DNA of 64,000 bases from a plasmid, in the sequence record CP121101.1; one strand, given 5' to 3'. The position numbers and the translations under genes are program-made. This document shows, piece after piece, positions 63,989 through 64,000 of this stretch. Each line of letters starts with the position of its first letter. Position 1 is the stretch's first letter. Below the pieces are notes generated by a model, which saw only the letters and a list, made by a program, of their open reading frames with translations, was not told where the DNA came from and searched no databases.

Positions 63989-64000
63989 CCATGCCCCGAT

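Overview
The window is an accessory-rich stretch of what looks like an integrative conjugative element (ICE) of the ICEclc / PAPI-1 / PFGI-1 type (MPF-G), or a decaying remnant of one. It is probably from an Aeromonas-like gammaproteobacterium, but that host guess is inference. The ICE transfer genes are all on the minus strand between 10.5 and 25 kb: a TraD-type coupling ATPase, an SLT lytic transglycosylase, a PilL-like protein, conserved ICE membrane and lipoproteins, and a MobH/TraI_2 relaxase. From 30567 to 56910 there is a complete 26.3-kb Tn21-family mercury and multidrug resistance transposon. Its 38-bp IRs are flanked by a 5-bp TGGAA duplication, and it interrupts a hypothetical gene whose two halves can be rejoined in frame. 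The transposon carries tnpA-tnpR-res, the two halves of urf2, and a class 1 integron (IRi to IRt, with the TCCAT duplication as in Tn21/In2). The integron has intI1, a Pc promoter of the PcW/TGN-10 type and the cassette array qnrVC - qacH-like - aac(6')-Ib - cmlA - blaOXA-10 - aadA1 - dfrA14-like. Its right-hand end is of the In4 type: a mobC fragment, an inverted partial copy of the IRt end and IS6100, with no qacEdelta1/sul1. Downstream lie mphR(A)-mrx-mph(A), with a 3.2-kb IS1071-like Tn3-family element (TSD TTACG) inserted in the spacer next to IS6100. Then come two abutting IS26 copies, a truncated tniA, IRt and an intact merRTPCADE operon. The left 10 kb holds a TIR-like pseudogene, an IS4-family IS and a degraded second umuC copy that this IS truncates. 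It also holds an AT-rich islet with an unrecognised two-gene module (a 287-aa protein plus a 2-TM protein), a short TolA-domain-III paralog, a lipoprotein gene and an IS5 copy. The right end holds a LexA-box-controlled umuDC operon embedded in a tandem array of at least four (probably five) diverged paralogs. Each paralog has an AbiTii-like N-terminal domain, a poly-Q linker and a C-terminal hydrophobic helix, and each has its own leader carrying a shared palindromic operator (TTGCA-N4-TGCAA); genes 2, 4 and 5 are also followed by a conserved GC hairpin. This array, the islet module and a membrane-anchored Mrr-like nuclease are the best candidates for an undescribed system. A striking global feature is that more than 20 otherwise conserved genes carry small frameshifting indels or deletions, many of them 2-bp repeat expansions. 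This is either real pseudogenisation or assembly error and must be checked before any functional claim.
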